DNA of 64,000 bases, from the NCBI GenBank assembly GCA_013265495.1, contig MU058531.1, positions 1,424,911 through 1,488,910 of the forward strand. The letters run 5' to 3'. Shown here in pieces: positions 25,965 through 38,800 of the stretch. Under the pieces are notes generated by a model. The model ran no database searches. It was given only the letters and a program-made list of their open reading frames with translations, and had not been told where the DNA came from. The DNA is from Vicugna vicugna (Eukaryota). The translations under genes were made by a program, and so were the position numbers. The stretch's first letter is position 1. Each line of letters starts with the position of its first letter.

Positions 25965-26973
25965 TAAAAAAGAAAATGAAATAGTGCCATTTGCAGCAAT
26001 GTGGATGCATCCAGAGAATATTATGCTCAGTAAAAGAAGTCAGAGAAAGACAAATGCTATGTGATACCACTTATACGTGGAATAAGAAAAAATAATACTA
26101 ATGACTGTATATGCAAAACAGAAATAAACTCACTGATAGAGAAAAGAGACTTATGGTTATCAAAGGGGACGGGGTGAGGAGGGACAAATGAGGGCATGGA
26201 ATTAACTGATACAAAGTCCTAAGTATAAAATAGATAAGCAATAAGGATTTATTGTACAGCACAGGAAAATATACCCATTATCTTATAATAACCTATAATG
26301 GAGTATAATCTGCTGCGGGGAGCCACTCATGACCTGAGGACTGCCGAGCACAGAACGGGACAATAAATCCCAAAGTGCTGGCGTCAGGCTCTGAGATTGA
26401 TCTAACAAAGACAATCTCTGTCCTGCCACCCCTTTTCAGGAAAGAATGCACCAGGTGATCTAAAAGCCCTAGGAACATCCTGAGCCATTAAGCTACTGAT
26501 GATCTTTGAACAGAGAGATACAATCAACATACAAGTTAGTGATCTTAGTTTATAGAAACAACAACCTTAGTTAGTGATCTTGGTATGTGGGAACATATAC
26601 CCTAGTTTATGAGTATTATAAACAACATTGATCTATAGAACTATGCACAAGTTAGTGAGTTTAGTACACACTGTGTTTAAACCATAAAACCTGTGCCTAA
26701 AGAATGCACAAGGTAGTCACTTGAATTTGTATAAATTAACTGCCTGAAATAAACTCAAGGTCCACTCTTGGCTTAGCGTCTTGCGGGCTAGATTGAGACC
26801 CTCTCAACCCCACCTTCTAGTCTTGTGTTTCTTTTCTCAGTCCTGCGGCACAGGTTTCTGGACCTGATCGATTGTCGGCTGGCTCTGACAATCTGCAAAA
26901 ATACTGACTCACTGTGCTGTACACTCGAAACCAACACAATACAGTAAATCAATTATACTTCAATTTTGTAAAA
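25965..26973 (+). mobile_element. 5'-truncated L1 3' end, split by an LTR
   Basis: L1 ORF2 end and 3' UTR (aaagaaaatgaaatagtgccatttgcagcaatgtggatg...atacttcaat); TSD aatgtggggct(g/a)att at 25950-25964 and 26974-26988. Confidence 0.88.
26314..26890 (+). mobile_element. Solo LTR, 577 bp, probably class II (ERVK/betaretrovirus-like)
   Basis: TGCGGGGAGCC...GGCTCTGACA inverted termini; perfect 6-bp TSD ATCTGC (26308-26313 and 26891-26896); TATAAA at ~26731 and AATAAA at ~26748. Confidence 0.85.
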
Positions 26974-28069
26974 AATGTGGGGCTAATTATCATCCATTGT
27001 TCTCAGATTTGGAAGCCTTATCTGAAAGATCAAGACCTCAGGAAGAGTCCTCTTCCATATTCATCTTATGTAGAACAAAGCAAATAATGTCAAATTCTCT
27101 ACACAGAGCCTGGCCTAATATAAACTCAATAAATGCTGTGTGGCTGTCCTCCAAGAATGGTAAAAACAGTATATACATATGAAATCATCTGCTGCAGGTC
27201 CTCTGTCAACCTTGTGTAATATCTGTCATCTGTATGCTGCAAAATGAATCTATTATTACTATTTTATTCAATCATTGTTTTCTATGACTATGTATTGGAT
27301 TTTTAATTAGAATGTAAACATCTTGAAAGCAAATATGTTTTTTCTGTATTCCCCATAACAGCAGAAATGGGGAGGAGCATGTCATAATTGCATAATACTG
27401 TTGATAAAGTTATTCTCTCATTTTTTCCCCCTTTATTTGATCTTCAATGCTCTTCACCTGAGAACTGTATTATCTTTTCCTTCAGTGATTTTCCTATCGT
27501 TTTGTGGGTACCTTTGCTATACCAAGAAGGCTACAAAGTGACTGAATGTAGGTGCCAAAGTATTTGTTTCTTCACCATCCCCTGTTCAGGCTAATCTAGG
27601 AGCAAAGGTGAACAGGCAGGAATGGTAGATCGCAGGTTGCTGGAGAGAGGTAAGGCCCCATGAGGATATTGGATTTAATATAGAATGAGGTCGTTCATTA
27701 TATATACAATATGTACAGCATGATATAATTTTCATAAAGATTAACAACATGCAAAATAAAATAGTATTTTTTTTGTTAAAATAAAAAAAGAATGAGGTCA
27801 TTAGTGACTTTCTAAGGAATGGTTTACATCTCAGAGATTCCTTCAGAAGAAATTAGACTAGTTGAAGCTGAGGATTACGAGCCAAGGGCAGCAGGTCTGG
27901 TTCAAACTGAAAGGCAAGAAAGAGAAAAGTACCTGCTGAGAAAAATTGGGCTGAGGAAGGTTAGGGGACTGGAGCAAGTTCACAGGTCAAGGGAAAGGCA
28001 CTGATGTGGCTTGTCTGAGGGGTGATAAGGGGACCAGCATTGAGAGCCCAAGCAGAGACTGGCCTAGAA

Positions 28070-28266
28070 CAGGAATCCTCAGCTGGGGGTGATTTTGCCC
28101 CTCAGGGGACATTGGACACTGACTGGAGATGTTTTTGTCATGGCATCTGGTGAGCAGGGTCCAGAGAAGCTGCTAAGCACCCTACGATGCCCAGGACAGC
28201 CTGCCCACTAACAGCAAAGAATTATCTTTCTGCAAATGTCTATAGTGCCAGGGATGAGAAATGTGG
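28070..28266 (+). mobile_element. MER20 (hAT-Charlie)
   Basis: gggggtgattttgcccctcaggggacatt...gctgctaagcaccctacgatgcccaggacagcc...caaagaattatc. Confidence 0.85.
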
Positions 28267-28899
28267 GCCTGGAAAGAGGCTAAATGTTAGCATGGAACAG
28301 ACACCCATTAAAACCAGCACAGGTAATAATTAGGGGTTATTGATGGGATTCGAGGGAGTTTCCAGAACTGAACTTTGGAGGTACAGCCTCATAGGATCTG
28401 GAAGGTGATCTGGAAGACAGTCCTTCCCTCTCGCTGAGGGTGGGGTCACAGACTTCCCTTTTCTGCCCTCTGCTCACCTGCCTTGTCTCCTCCTTCCACT
28501 CTCGGCTTCCCCAGCTCATGGCCCAGACTGTCAGGCCCAACCTGACCCCACAGCAGTTTGTGGTTCAAGTCTGTATAGACATGATTTGCCACCTTTATGC
28601 TTTTTAATTGTTCAAGGGGAGACCCACACTGGCCAGTCCTGGCCAATGAATGGTCTGGCCATGAGTCAGACTGTAATCAACTATGGCCAGAGGACAAGAT
28701 CCTGTCCACTGTCCACTCAGCAGTCACTGCAAGGAGAAGTATGTCTTTCTCTAAGATGGAAAGAAAAAAACACTTGAGGCAGAGGGAAGAGAAGTCTAAG
28801 GAGTTCAAATCATGTGGCCTGAAATCTTGATAAAATAAATGGCCAGATCCCCTGCCACAGGTGGGCCCTCTAGGAAGACCTTGGGAAATGCTTCCCTTG

Positions 28900-29100
28900 G
28901 TGGTGGGTCAGCTATCAATTTTCTGCTTCTTAGTTCCAAATACACTCTTCATTACCTGTTCTGTGATAATGCACATGGATCCTTTAAGCATCTTTCCTTT
29001 GTTGCAAGCACAGTGTTTAAGCTTTGTCAGCACAGGATATTGGAAGGACATTGGAGGAGGAAGAAACTTCTCTTTCTAGTTCTAGTGTGCTTCCAGGTGC
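28900..29100 (-). mobile_element. Possible LTR40-like ERVL LTR fragment
   Basis: ttccaaatacactcttc...ctgttctgtgat...taagctttgtcagc resembles recalled LTR40. Confidence 0.4.
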
Positions 29101-30155
29101 TTTTATTTTATTTTATTTTATTTTATTTTTCATATTACAAAGCTGGAGGACCCCTGGGTGTAGAACATTACTGGCATTCCACCTCAGGCAAATGCCCAGA
29201 TGGGCAGCACTTTGGCAAACTCTCAGCCCTGGCCTGGTGACCGCCTCATCGTGGCCCGGCCCTCCTGATGTGGGTAACGTGGCATGTAATTTACACACAC
29301 ACATTATGTTATGTTATGTTATACAAAAATAAAGGACATAGATATGGTGCATGTGTGTCAGCAATAATTATCTCTATGCCATGGGATTATGGGTAGTTTT
29401 TATTTTATTATAACATACATGTCAGGAATTGAGGCCAAAGAGAGATGAATTCTCAAATTTTCAAAGATAATCTCCTTTCTCCTGTCTTTTAGAAATGAAT
29501 CCTCCACCAAGTTAAACTGGTACAAGGCGGTAGATTAACTTCCCTCATGTAAGTGCACAGAACTATTAAGCTGAGCGCTGACATTGTTTTGGGTTCCATG
29601 AAATACACAGAAACAGAGCAGTCACTTCAAGTCTGCTATTTACCTGCTACCAAGGACAAGGGCTACCCACCTGGGAGGATATTGTACATAGAAAAATGCA
29701 ACTCTTATTTCTTCCTCGAAACTTGGGAGGTGGGAGGAGAAATTAAAAGGAATGAGGAATGCAAGCAAATAGGAGTAATTATACGTGCAAATGTGTTCTT
29801 TGGGGGTGTTTCATTTTGCCCTTGCAAATGCATATTCTGAAACCACACAGGGTGATCGGTATATACTCTGAAGCTCTGCTTTAATTGCCTTACTGATTTT
29901 GGTTGTTCCACGAAGGAAAGTCCCAGGAGGGAGGGGGGAATGGTGTACTGGGAATGGGGGTTGCTTTTGCAACAGAAATTCCCCTAAAATACTTGTTAAG
30001 CCCAAACTCTCTGCCCTCTTTTCCGTAGGTTAGAAATGTTTGTCTTTAATGCCAAAATAAATTTATTCTTTGGCATTGAAAAGAAACACCCAAGGAACTT
30101 ATTCTCAATGTGTTAAATCAATTTCAGTTTCTGGGAAGTGAAGGAATGTGTGTAC

Positions 30156-30186
<31 letters not shown>

Positions 30187-32493
30187 GTCTTATCCAAGTC
30201 TCTTGGATTATACTGACACCATTGTTATTTCTTGAGAATAGATCCTTCCTAAGTCACCCAATCATAGTTTGAAACTTGCCAGGATTTGAAACAATTTGAT
30301 GCATTTTTAGTGCTAAAATTATCCTTAGGGGAAAAGTTCTACACACCAAACGATCACCCAAAAAAAGGACTCTAAAAATGCAAATGTTTGGTCGTTAGTG
30401 CCAGGAATCAAGGCTGGAGAAGAAGTGAATTCATCCCTGTCCAAGTTAGGGAGGGAAAAAAAATCTGCTGTGTATCTCATAGCACAACTCCGTCACCATC
30501 ATGGCTCGGAAGCCTGTTCATCCTGCTGCGGTGTGTGCTCAATTACCTCACTACTGGCATCCTGACTTTCTGAGAGCTCCCTATTCCACTAAGCAAAAGG
30601 AGGAGTGAATCTAAGACGTTCACCTCTGCTGAAGAGCTGGGTTGCATGGATGGAATGAATAAAGACTGAATAAATAAGTCATATTGTTAGCCAAGCAACT
30701 TTTCCCACTTTTTAAGTTTTTTGTTTTTGTTTTTGTTTTTGTGGTCTAGAAAATGTCTAAGTTTCTTTCAGGAAAAATACATGCCAGGTGTATCTGTGTA
30801 TATAAAATGGGATTGGCATCATGGCTCCCTGAAAAATTATCGCTGCTTGGATGAAGGTTAGAGACGCTGGTGACTTAATAATTTCGATTCATCTTTAACT
30901 GGAACATGGCTAAGTTCAGCGAAAGGTAATGGTTTTTCTAAGAAACTTCAGTGACCTGGGCTACAAAGCCCATTCATTTCACAGCACTATGTCCACCATG
31001 GACAAATAAATGACCCAAATATGACCATCTAGAAGATTTATTTGATCACAGATGTGGACTTTGTCTTCGAGACTCAATAATTTGTGTTTCCTCTGTCTGG
31101 AAAAGTCCCCTCCCACATCTCCCTCCTCCACCCTCCCCCTCACCTTCCCCAACCCCTAACCCCCGATTTCCTCTCACTTTCACAAGAGAATTCTTCTGTA
31201 TTCTTCCCAATTCCCTTTACCTGCCCACTGCACCAAGGACCAGCTTACATTAAGTGCCCTTCTTCTGTGCTCCTTTAGCTCCTTCCACCTATGTCACAGC
31301 GCTTACTAACACTGAACTGTTAGCTGGTTTCTCACCTGCCTCCTCCCACCTGACTGACCAGGTCTGGAGGGCAGGGATGGAGGGCTTTGATCCCGGCATT
31401 TTATTTGGCACAGAGTAGACAGACCCTCAGTGAATGGTAGGTGAGAGACATTAAGATGCCCTCTCTCACAGGGTTGGGTAAGGATTCAATGAGACGAGGC
31501 ATATGAGATTGAGTTTCAAATGGTAGGGCCCTTTCTAGATGTTAGGTAGTTTGGGCAGAATGGAATACACATAAAAGTGGTTCTACTATGCTCATATTTA
31601 AGTAGAACTTTGGAACAGCTTATGCTTCTTACAATGAATGAAGGGAGTTGGGTGGGGAATGAATCTTGACTCATCACTTTCTCTGTGCCAAACACTTTTC
31701 ATATATTCTTGTCAATCCCTCTGACAATCCTGCAGGTAGATATTAACATCTTCATTTTACAGATGAGGAAACTGGAGCTCAGCAAGGCCAAGACACTTGC
31801 TAATATCACCCAGCTATTAAGTGGCAGAGCCAGGATTTGGCTCCCGTTTGTCTGCCTTCAGAACTCATATTTTCTCCCCTATGGGATGCTGCTTTTGCAG
31901 AGGGAAGCATCTTGAGTCATAGGTAATAGACACTCACACCTTCTTCCCTTCCCTACTCTGCAGACCTGATGAAAAAGTGGGCACCAGGAGAAATTGCCTA
32001 AGGCATGCACCTGAATGGTGCCAGAGCTGAGGAGGGCCCAGGACTCTGCACAAGTGTTGACTGGATGTCCAGAAGCCAGGAAGGTGCTGCATTTTCAGCC
32101 CAGCAATAGGAAACAATATACCCACACAGTAAGGCAGCAAATCCACAAAACACTGAAGTCTTGATAGCTAAGCAGGTATTTTTCAAGCTCTGTTTTTTCC
32201 CCCCACAAATTAAGGAACAGGGATTTTTAAAGAGATGGTAAAAAATAGTCAGTATTATATATACATTCAGGAAGGGGAGGATGGCAATGCTATTGTGTGT
32301 TGTAACAGTCATCTGTATCATTATTAAGAACACAATCATTGTAAGTTATAAAAATTGTATCATATTATATATTATATCTAATGTTACACATCATTATTAT
32401 AATCATGATAGATATAATTATGGTAGAGCAAAATCTTGATTGTAATGTAATGCCCGTTTGATTAGTTTGTCCCACTCTTCCCTTTTAAAAAAA

Positions 32494-32616
32494 TTTTTTT
32501 TGTTGGGGGAGGTAATTAGGCCTATTTATTTATTTTTAACAGAGGTACCAGGGATTGAACTCAGGACCTCAGGCATGCTAAGCAGGTGCTCTACCACTTG
32601 CGCTATACCCTTCCCT
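32494..32616 (-). mobile_element. tRNA-Ala-derived camelid SINE (vic-1 type)
   Basis: Same head (GGGTATAGCGCAAGTGGTAGAGC...GAGTTCAATCCC) and the same AATAAATAA...CCTAATTACCTCCCCC tail as the 4.3-kb copy. Confidence 0.85.
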
Positions 32617-32809
32617 CTTAAATCTCTATAATATAGAACGTGCAGTAAATTTGTGAAGTGTTTTGAGGGCATACGTAGGGGAGCAGGATTATAACAACAG
32701 GCTGAAGCATGCTCAACTCTCACATGAGAGGCATCTGTTATCTGGACACACTGTGCATTTTAATAGTTGGAAATGGACTAGCTTCCTTTGCTCAGGCTGT
32801 TCCTTCAAT

Positions 32810-32846
<37 letters not shown>

Positions 32847-33167
32847 CTGGAGAATTCCTGTGCATTTTTCGAGGTGCCACTTAAGTGTAATGTTTTGAAA
32901 AGCCCTTCCAGACATACTTAAAGAGAATTAACGACTGTCTCTTCTGCAAACTCATAGATCTGTGTACATCTGCTGTAGTTCCTTTTCACACTACGCTGTG
33001 GTCCAATGCCTCTACTGCTAGACCAAGAAATCAACAAGACTAGGAACTATGTCTTAACATCTCAGTATTCTCAGAGCCTACCTCAGTGCCAAGTATACAA
33101 TAGATGCTCAATAAATGTTAAAGATGACGACCCAAAAGGAAAGGTTGATTGCATTTATGCCCTCATG

Positions 33168-33186
33168 ACACCACTAGAGGGCAATG
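33168..33186 (+). promoter_or_regulatory. Candidate CTCF site
   Basis: CCACTAGAGGGCA at 33171-33183 fits the CTCF core CCASYAGRKGGCR exactly; motif evidence only. Confidence 0.55.
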
Positions 33187-33668
33187 TAATCAAGATTACT
33201 AAACACCACTGATGCAGTTCCAGATGAGTAAGTAGCTTTTTAAAAAAATGTGTATTATTTCTCAGATGTTCTTTGTATTTTTTTTTTTGCCATGCCTTTT
33301 AGTTAACTCTATATTTAAGTTTGAGGAACTATTCCACAAATGTAAAAAGAACGCTTGGAACACAGGCTAAGTGCCAGAGTACCGAGTCCAGAGATTAACT
33401 CCCTGATCTGGGAAGAAGAAACCACCAGCTACAAGTGTGACAGGAAATGCTCTTTACTCCGCTCAGATATGAAGCAGCTACCTAAATATTAGTGTTGTAT
33501 CTTTTCACATTTTAAAGTGCTTGATGCTCCACTTTAACCCCTGGGTAAAGTCAGGCATCAGTACATTTAAGAGAAAACTGAAGGACAAGGGAATAAGCAG
33601 GTATTGGGTGAGTGCTGAGAGAGTAGAAACCAGGCACAACTTTCAGTCTAAAAAGTCCCCACGTAAAA

Positions 33669-33763
33669 GGGGGGTGGGTATAGCTCAGTGGTAAAGCACA
33701 CGCTTAGCATACAAGAGGTCCTGGGTTCAATTCCCCAGTACCTCCATTAAAATGAATAAAAAT
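33669..33763 (+). mobile_element. tRNA-Ala-derived camelid SINE, short form
   Basis: GGGGGGTGGGTATAGCTCAGTGG...GGTTCAATTCCCCAGTACCTCCATT plus A-rich tail; degenerate TSD aaaagtccccacgta / agaagttcccaagtta. Confidence 0.85.
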
Positions 33764-34981
33764 AAGAAGTTCCCAAGTTATTTCTGAGGCATTGCAGCCC
33801 TAGAGCTTGTTTTCCTTCTGTGTTCAAGTTTGTAATGAGACATCTCTTCTGGAAAAGGTAAATAAACTGTGGAGGAAACTCCACTCAGTGATCATTGCCA
33901 TGGTACCCGATGACGCTTCCTCCGTGAAGCACTCCGCGCCTTTCAGTTTCAAGTAAGCGCTGCATCCACTTCGCTCCCATCACTCCGTGCCTCCTGGATA
34001 GTCCCCTTACGTTCTACCGCCTGCTGTTGTTACTTGGGTACATGCCTTGGGTCCCCTCCTACACCGGAATTCCTACCGGATCATGGCGTTCGTTCATTTT
34101 CATAATCCAAGGAGTGTCTATTAGTATTTTATGTACAGTTGGTGTTCAGTGAATTTTGTTTAATTAAGCAGAATGGAATGGAATTCGTGTTCCAATAACT
34201 GTGAATCTGAAGCCTGCTTTTTTAAGTTTGTTTCCACTTTCTCTCCACATAGTTGATTTAGCAGTAGCACTTACCAGTTTTAAGTTTGAAAAGATTTTTG
34301 TTTGGTTAAAAAACTTCTTAGCATAAACATTTAGAGCCAGTACTACAGTTTAGCTAACAGTTACAGACTTATTTAATTTAACTAATTCCCTCCTCTGCAT
34401 TTTTAGGGGTGAGATATGGACAAAAAACATGTTTTCTTGGAAACATGTTAATAACTAATGTCCTTTTTATTACTTTCCCCTGACCATGAAGCCTATGTTT
34501 TGAAGGATTTGGCCAATCTAACTGCATTTAGACATACAAATAAGTTTATTGTCCCTCCAATGAGTCCAAAACAAATAATTGGCAACAGGTAGATAACTAA
34601 TGTCCTAATATGACTTGGTATAATTCTAACCCAAATCATTTTTTTTTCAGTTAATTTTTTAAAGTGCCTGTTGGGTATCAGGTTCTGTTCTTGGTATTGG
34701 GGATAATGGTGAACAAGAGACAACGTCCCTGCCGCAGTGGTACTTAGGTTTCAGTGGAGCCGAAAACCGAGACACTTGATGGTTATCAGGACAGAATAAA
34801 TCTGTGCAGCAGTATTTAATGATAAATGTTGGACTTAGTGTAGACTTTTAAAAGTTTCAGATACCTTGTGGTTTCACGCTGTTTCCTGTGTCTTGATACC
34901 TCCTTTGCCTCAGAAACTAAGGCATTAGATGCATTCTGAGGTCCCTTTTACCTTGAATATTCTGGTCACATTTACCCCAAC

Positions 34982-35563
34982 TATATCAAATTTCTATTGC
35001 AATGTAAAAAATTACTAGAAATTCAGGGTCTTAAAACAACACCCATTTATGAACTCACAGTTCTGTAGGTCAGAAGTCCACACGGGCTTGGCTGGGTTCT
35101 CAGCTTCGGGTCTCACAAGGTCAAGGTGTGAGCCGGCTGGCTTTTGGGTGGAGACTCTGGGAAAATTCCACTTTTAAACTCATTCAAGCTGTTGGCAGAA
35201 TTGAGTTCTTTGCAGTTGTAGGGCTGAGGTCACTGTTTCCTGGCTGCCAGTCGCTGGGGCCTCTCTCTCAGCGACTTAAGGACACTTAACCTTCCTTTTC
35301 ATGGTCTCCTTTTTGTCAAAGCCAGCAATGGCATGAGGAGTCCCTCCCACATTTTCAATCTTTCTGACTTCTGCTGCCAGCCAGAGAAAGCACTCTGCTC
35401 TTCAGGGCCCAATTAGATGAGGTCCACCTGGAGCATCGCGCTATCTTGAGGGCAGCTGTGTTGCATACCACAGTCACGGGAGTGAGGCATCAGCACAGTC
35501 ATAAGGGCTGGGTATTAGGGCGGGACATCTTTGAGGACGATTTCAGAAATTCTCCCTCCCATA
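34982..35563 (-). mobile_element. MLT1E-like MaLR LTR
   Basis: cttaaaacaacacccatttat...cagttctgtaggtcagaagtcc...gttggcagaattgagttc...gccagagaaagcactctgc. Confidence 0.8.
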
Positions 35564-35659
35564 CTGACCAATGGAATTTCTGCCCCCAGCAGTGAGTCAT
35601 TTAGAGAACTCAGTTGCCACACAGAAAGATTTCAGACCTATGCCACAGATAAGGTTTTA

Positions 35660-35861
35660 ATTTTTTAATTTTTATTTATTTTTTATGTGTTTTTTTAAAT
35701 TGAAGTATAGTTGATTTACAATGTTGTGTTAGTTTCTGGTGCACAATATAGTAATTCCATTATTCATATATATATTCTTTTTCATATTCTTTTTCATTAT
35801 AGGTTGTTACAAACTATTGAATACAGTTCCCTGTACTATACAGTAGGACCTTGTTGTTTAA
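35660..35861 (-). mobile_element. 5'-truncated L1 3' end
   Basis: T-rich tail then ttgaagtatagttgatttacaatgttgtg; TSD acagataa(a)ggtttta at 35645-35659 and 35862-35877. Confidence 0.85.
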
Positions 35862-38800
35862 ACAGATAAAGGTTTTAGAATCACACAAGATTATTTTATT
35901 TAATCGAGTGGAGGTCTTTTAAAAGTGCATGTTCAAATTTTATATAAATGTTTATAAGATTGTTTTGGTCCCTTTTCTTTCATGTCCTTTTCTTAAAAAA
36001 ATCTTTTTAGGAAAGTAAGAGGTTAATCACAGGTACAATAAGCACCTTCAAGTAAAAGGAATATTAATATTAATGAGTTGTTATTTACTGAAATCTTTTT
36101 ATGCCTAATCCTCTAAAGTAGGAGTTAATAAACAATACAGTTTTCTTCTGGCCATTTTTATCTACCATTCATTAAATTTTAGTATTTCACTATTTTATCA
36201 ACAGACTATAGATACAGTGAGCTGACAGCTGAAAGAGCAAAATGACAGTGATGGTGCATATCAATTTTTTGCAGCATTTTTTACTTTTATGGAGTTGAAG
36301 AATAAAAGAGCTGCTAGTTTCGTTTAAATTTTCTGATCTGTTGACTGTCTGAGGTGACCGTTCAATTTTCACTAAGAAATGATTACTTAAAACTCATTTT
36401 CTCCACTTCACCACATAAGAGGCATAGCAACTGTTGTCACTGTAGCTGCAATGAAATCATTTCTTACGATAGCAGAGCAGAAAATGCATGAATTTAAGTT
36501 TCAAGGGCATTTATCCTTGACAGATGCATTATAGACAAATGAGTTAAACCTTCCAAGTACAACTCATTAAATATGATTTAAACTTTTTTTTTATTAACCT
36601 ACATATTTTCCTTAGGAGCTTTCAAAACTAAGCTTATGAGACAAACACCTCTACTCTCAGAAAATATCTATCCAAACATTTTAGACTAGGTTCATCTCCA
36701 CCTACTTTAAAATCACCTGGAGCAGCTTGTTTAAAATGAGGATTCTTGGGGCCGCCTCAAGGTAACAGGTGAAATTTATTTCACTACAAGTAACAACATA
36801 GCAAAAACTACCACACATGCCCATGCGCGCACGCGCGCACAAACACACACACACACACACACACACACTTTATTTCAAAAGAAACAGGACGTTAATTAGT
36901 CAAAGGAATTGAGTGACTCTTCAGTGTCATTAAACATTTGGTTCCTTTTTGTCCTTCCTCTGCCTTCCAAGGTGTCAGTTTCATTCTGAAGAGCAGTATC
37001 CCTAACTCTCAGGGAAATTGCTTCCTCTGCCACATTTTAGAAGAGAGAGGAAGTTGTTCCTGCAAGTTGTCTATGTAAGCATGCACCCTCCCCTAAAAGT
37101 TTCCAGAAAACACTTCTTCACCTCTTACTGGGTCATGTGCTCATTCCTGAGCCAAAAACTGTGATGGAGACATGGGATTGTGCTGGTGAACACTGAGCAA
37201 TGTGCCCACATGTCCAACTAGTTGTGGAAACAGGGTCTCCTGAAGCACGTTGGATGGGGATGGGGAGTGTGGAAGACACAACAACACCCACTCTACTTCT
37301 AAGACACTACAGTCCCATGGGTGGTACACTCACGTTGCAGGCCTTACCATTGCACTGGCTACAACATGAAGGCCGACCCTCCCCCCGTTCCCACCTGAGG
37401 ATTTTCAATTTGACAGTCCTAATCTCTGGGGTAAGTCTGAAAGTCTGCATTTTAATAAGCTACCAAGAGAGTCTGCTACACTCCATACCTTGAGGACCAT
37501 TGCACTACACTGTAAACTTTTGAGGATAGTTTCATAATTCTTGTATTCAAAGCACCCAGTCCAAGATGTTGCCTGCTATATAGTTAAGTGATCCTTAATG
37601 TTAGCTACTTGGTGATTGAACTATCGATTTTATCAACCAGATAAAGGTGGTCAGGAAGGCCTTCTAAAATGAAAACGTTCAGTGGCACAATATCTACAGT
37701 GGGAGATAGCTGAGGGCACTGACACTCATCCTGGCTTTTCTGGGCTTGTAGAGTCCCATCTGCAGGGATGGACAAAAGAATCTAACACTACGGTAGGGCC
37801 ATCACTAAGAATCCAAATTTGTCCTTAGAAATGGGTTTCCAGAAGAGGTTTGTAATCAGTATAATTGTAAAAGCATATGAGTATCAAGGTGGTCATGACT
37901 TTCGCCATGAGTTTGTTTACCAATGTATTAATACTTCTGTGTTGACAGCATTTTTTTCAAGTAGATGTTTCAGTGCCATTTAGCATTCTGTCACTAAGCA
38001 AAGCTCCTGCATGGTGAAAAGAAGGGTCAGAGATAAGAAACAATGGTCTGTGATCACCAGAACACATCAGCGCAGACCTGAAACCAGGAACTCCTTGACA
38101 TTCTGGAAGGTGTCCTCATGTTGGCAGTCCCCATATCACAGGGTACCTTTATCCTGTTGCTGATGAAGTGACTCAGCATGTCAGCTTCCTATGAAGAAAA
38201 ATATGATAGGAAGTAGAGTTGCCCCAGGCAGGTTTAATGCATGTCCTTTGTTTTTGGAGGAAATTTACCACGTGAGTGCACCCCTTGAGTACTAATGCCT
38301 CCCCCTAAAAAGTGTTACTGGGAATCCCAATTTCATACTTGCCTGCCCTTCAGAAATAAACTCTAACGCCGGATGCATTTAAATAACATAAGATTTACTC
38401 AAATACTTCCAGAATATCCTCTGTGGCTCCCTGATCAAAACATGACCATAACACAGTGACATTTGCAGAGCCCCCAAAAGCACGGTCTTTGTGAAACACT
38501 TAACAGTCATCCATTCACTTGTGTTTGTTGAGCCTGTGGGCCAGGAGGTGGCAAAAGGCTGGGGACCCTCAGTATCTGTCCTCAGAAATGTCTAGAGGCA
38601 GCAGAAATTGTTAGCCAAAGATGCTTAACTTGGATGGCCACCTTAATAAAGGGTACTTCTTTCAGTCTCTGTGGTAGAAAACGTTCCATCAGGATGCTGG
38701 GCCACAGGGAGGTGTTGAGTAGGCCTTCAGCAGTCATCTTTTATTGTGGCCAAATTGATGACTTTAGCACATCCTAAATGGTAAACAATTACAGGATCTC

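Noticed and set aside
33675..33746. Apparent tRNA-Ala(AGC) gene
   Set aside because: Anticodon stem is mispaired, there is an A-rich tail and TSD-like flanks, and related copies occur in the window: it is a SINE.
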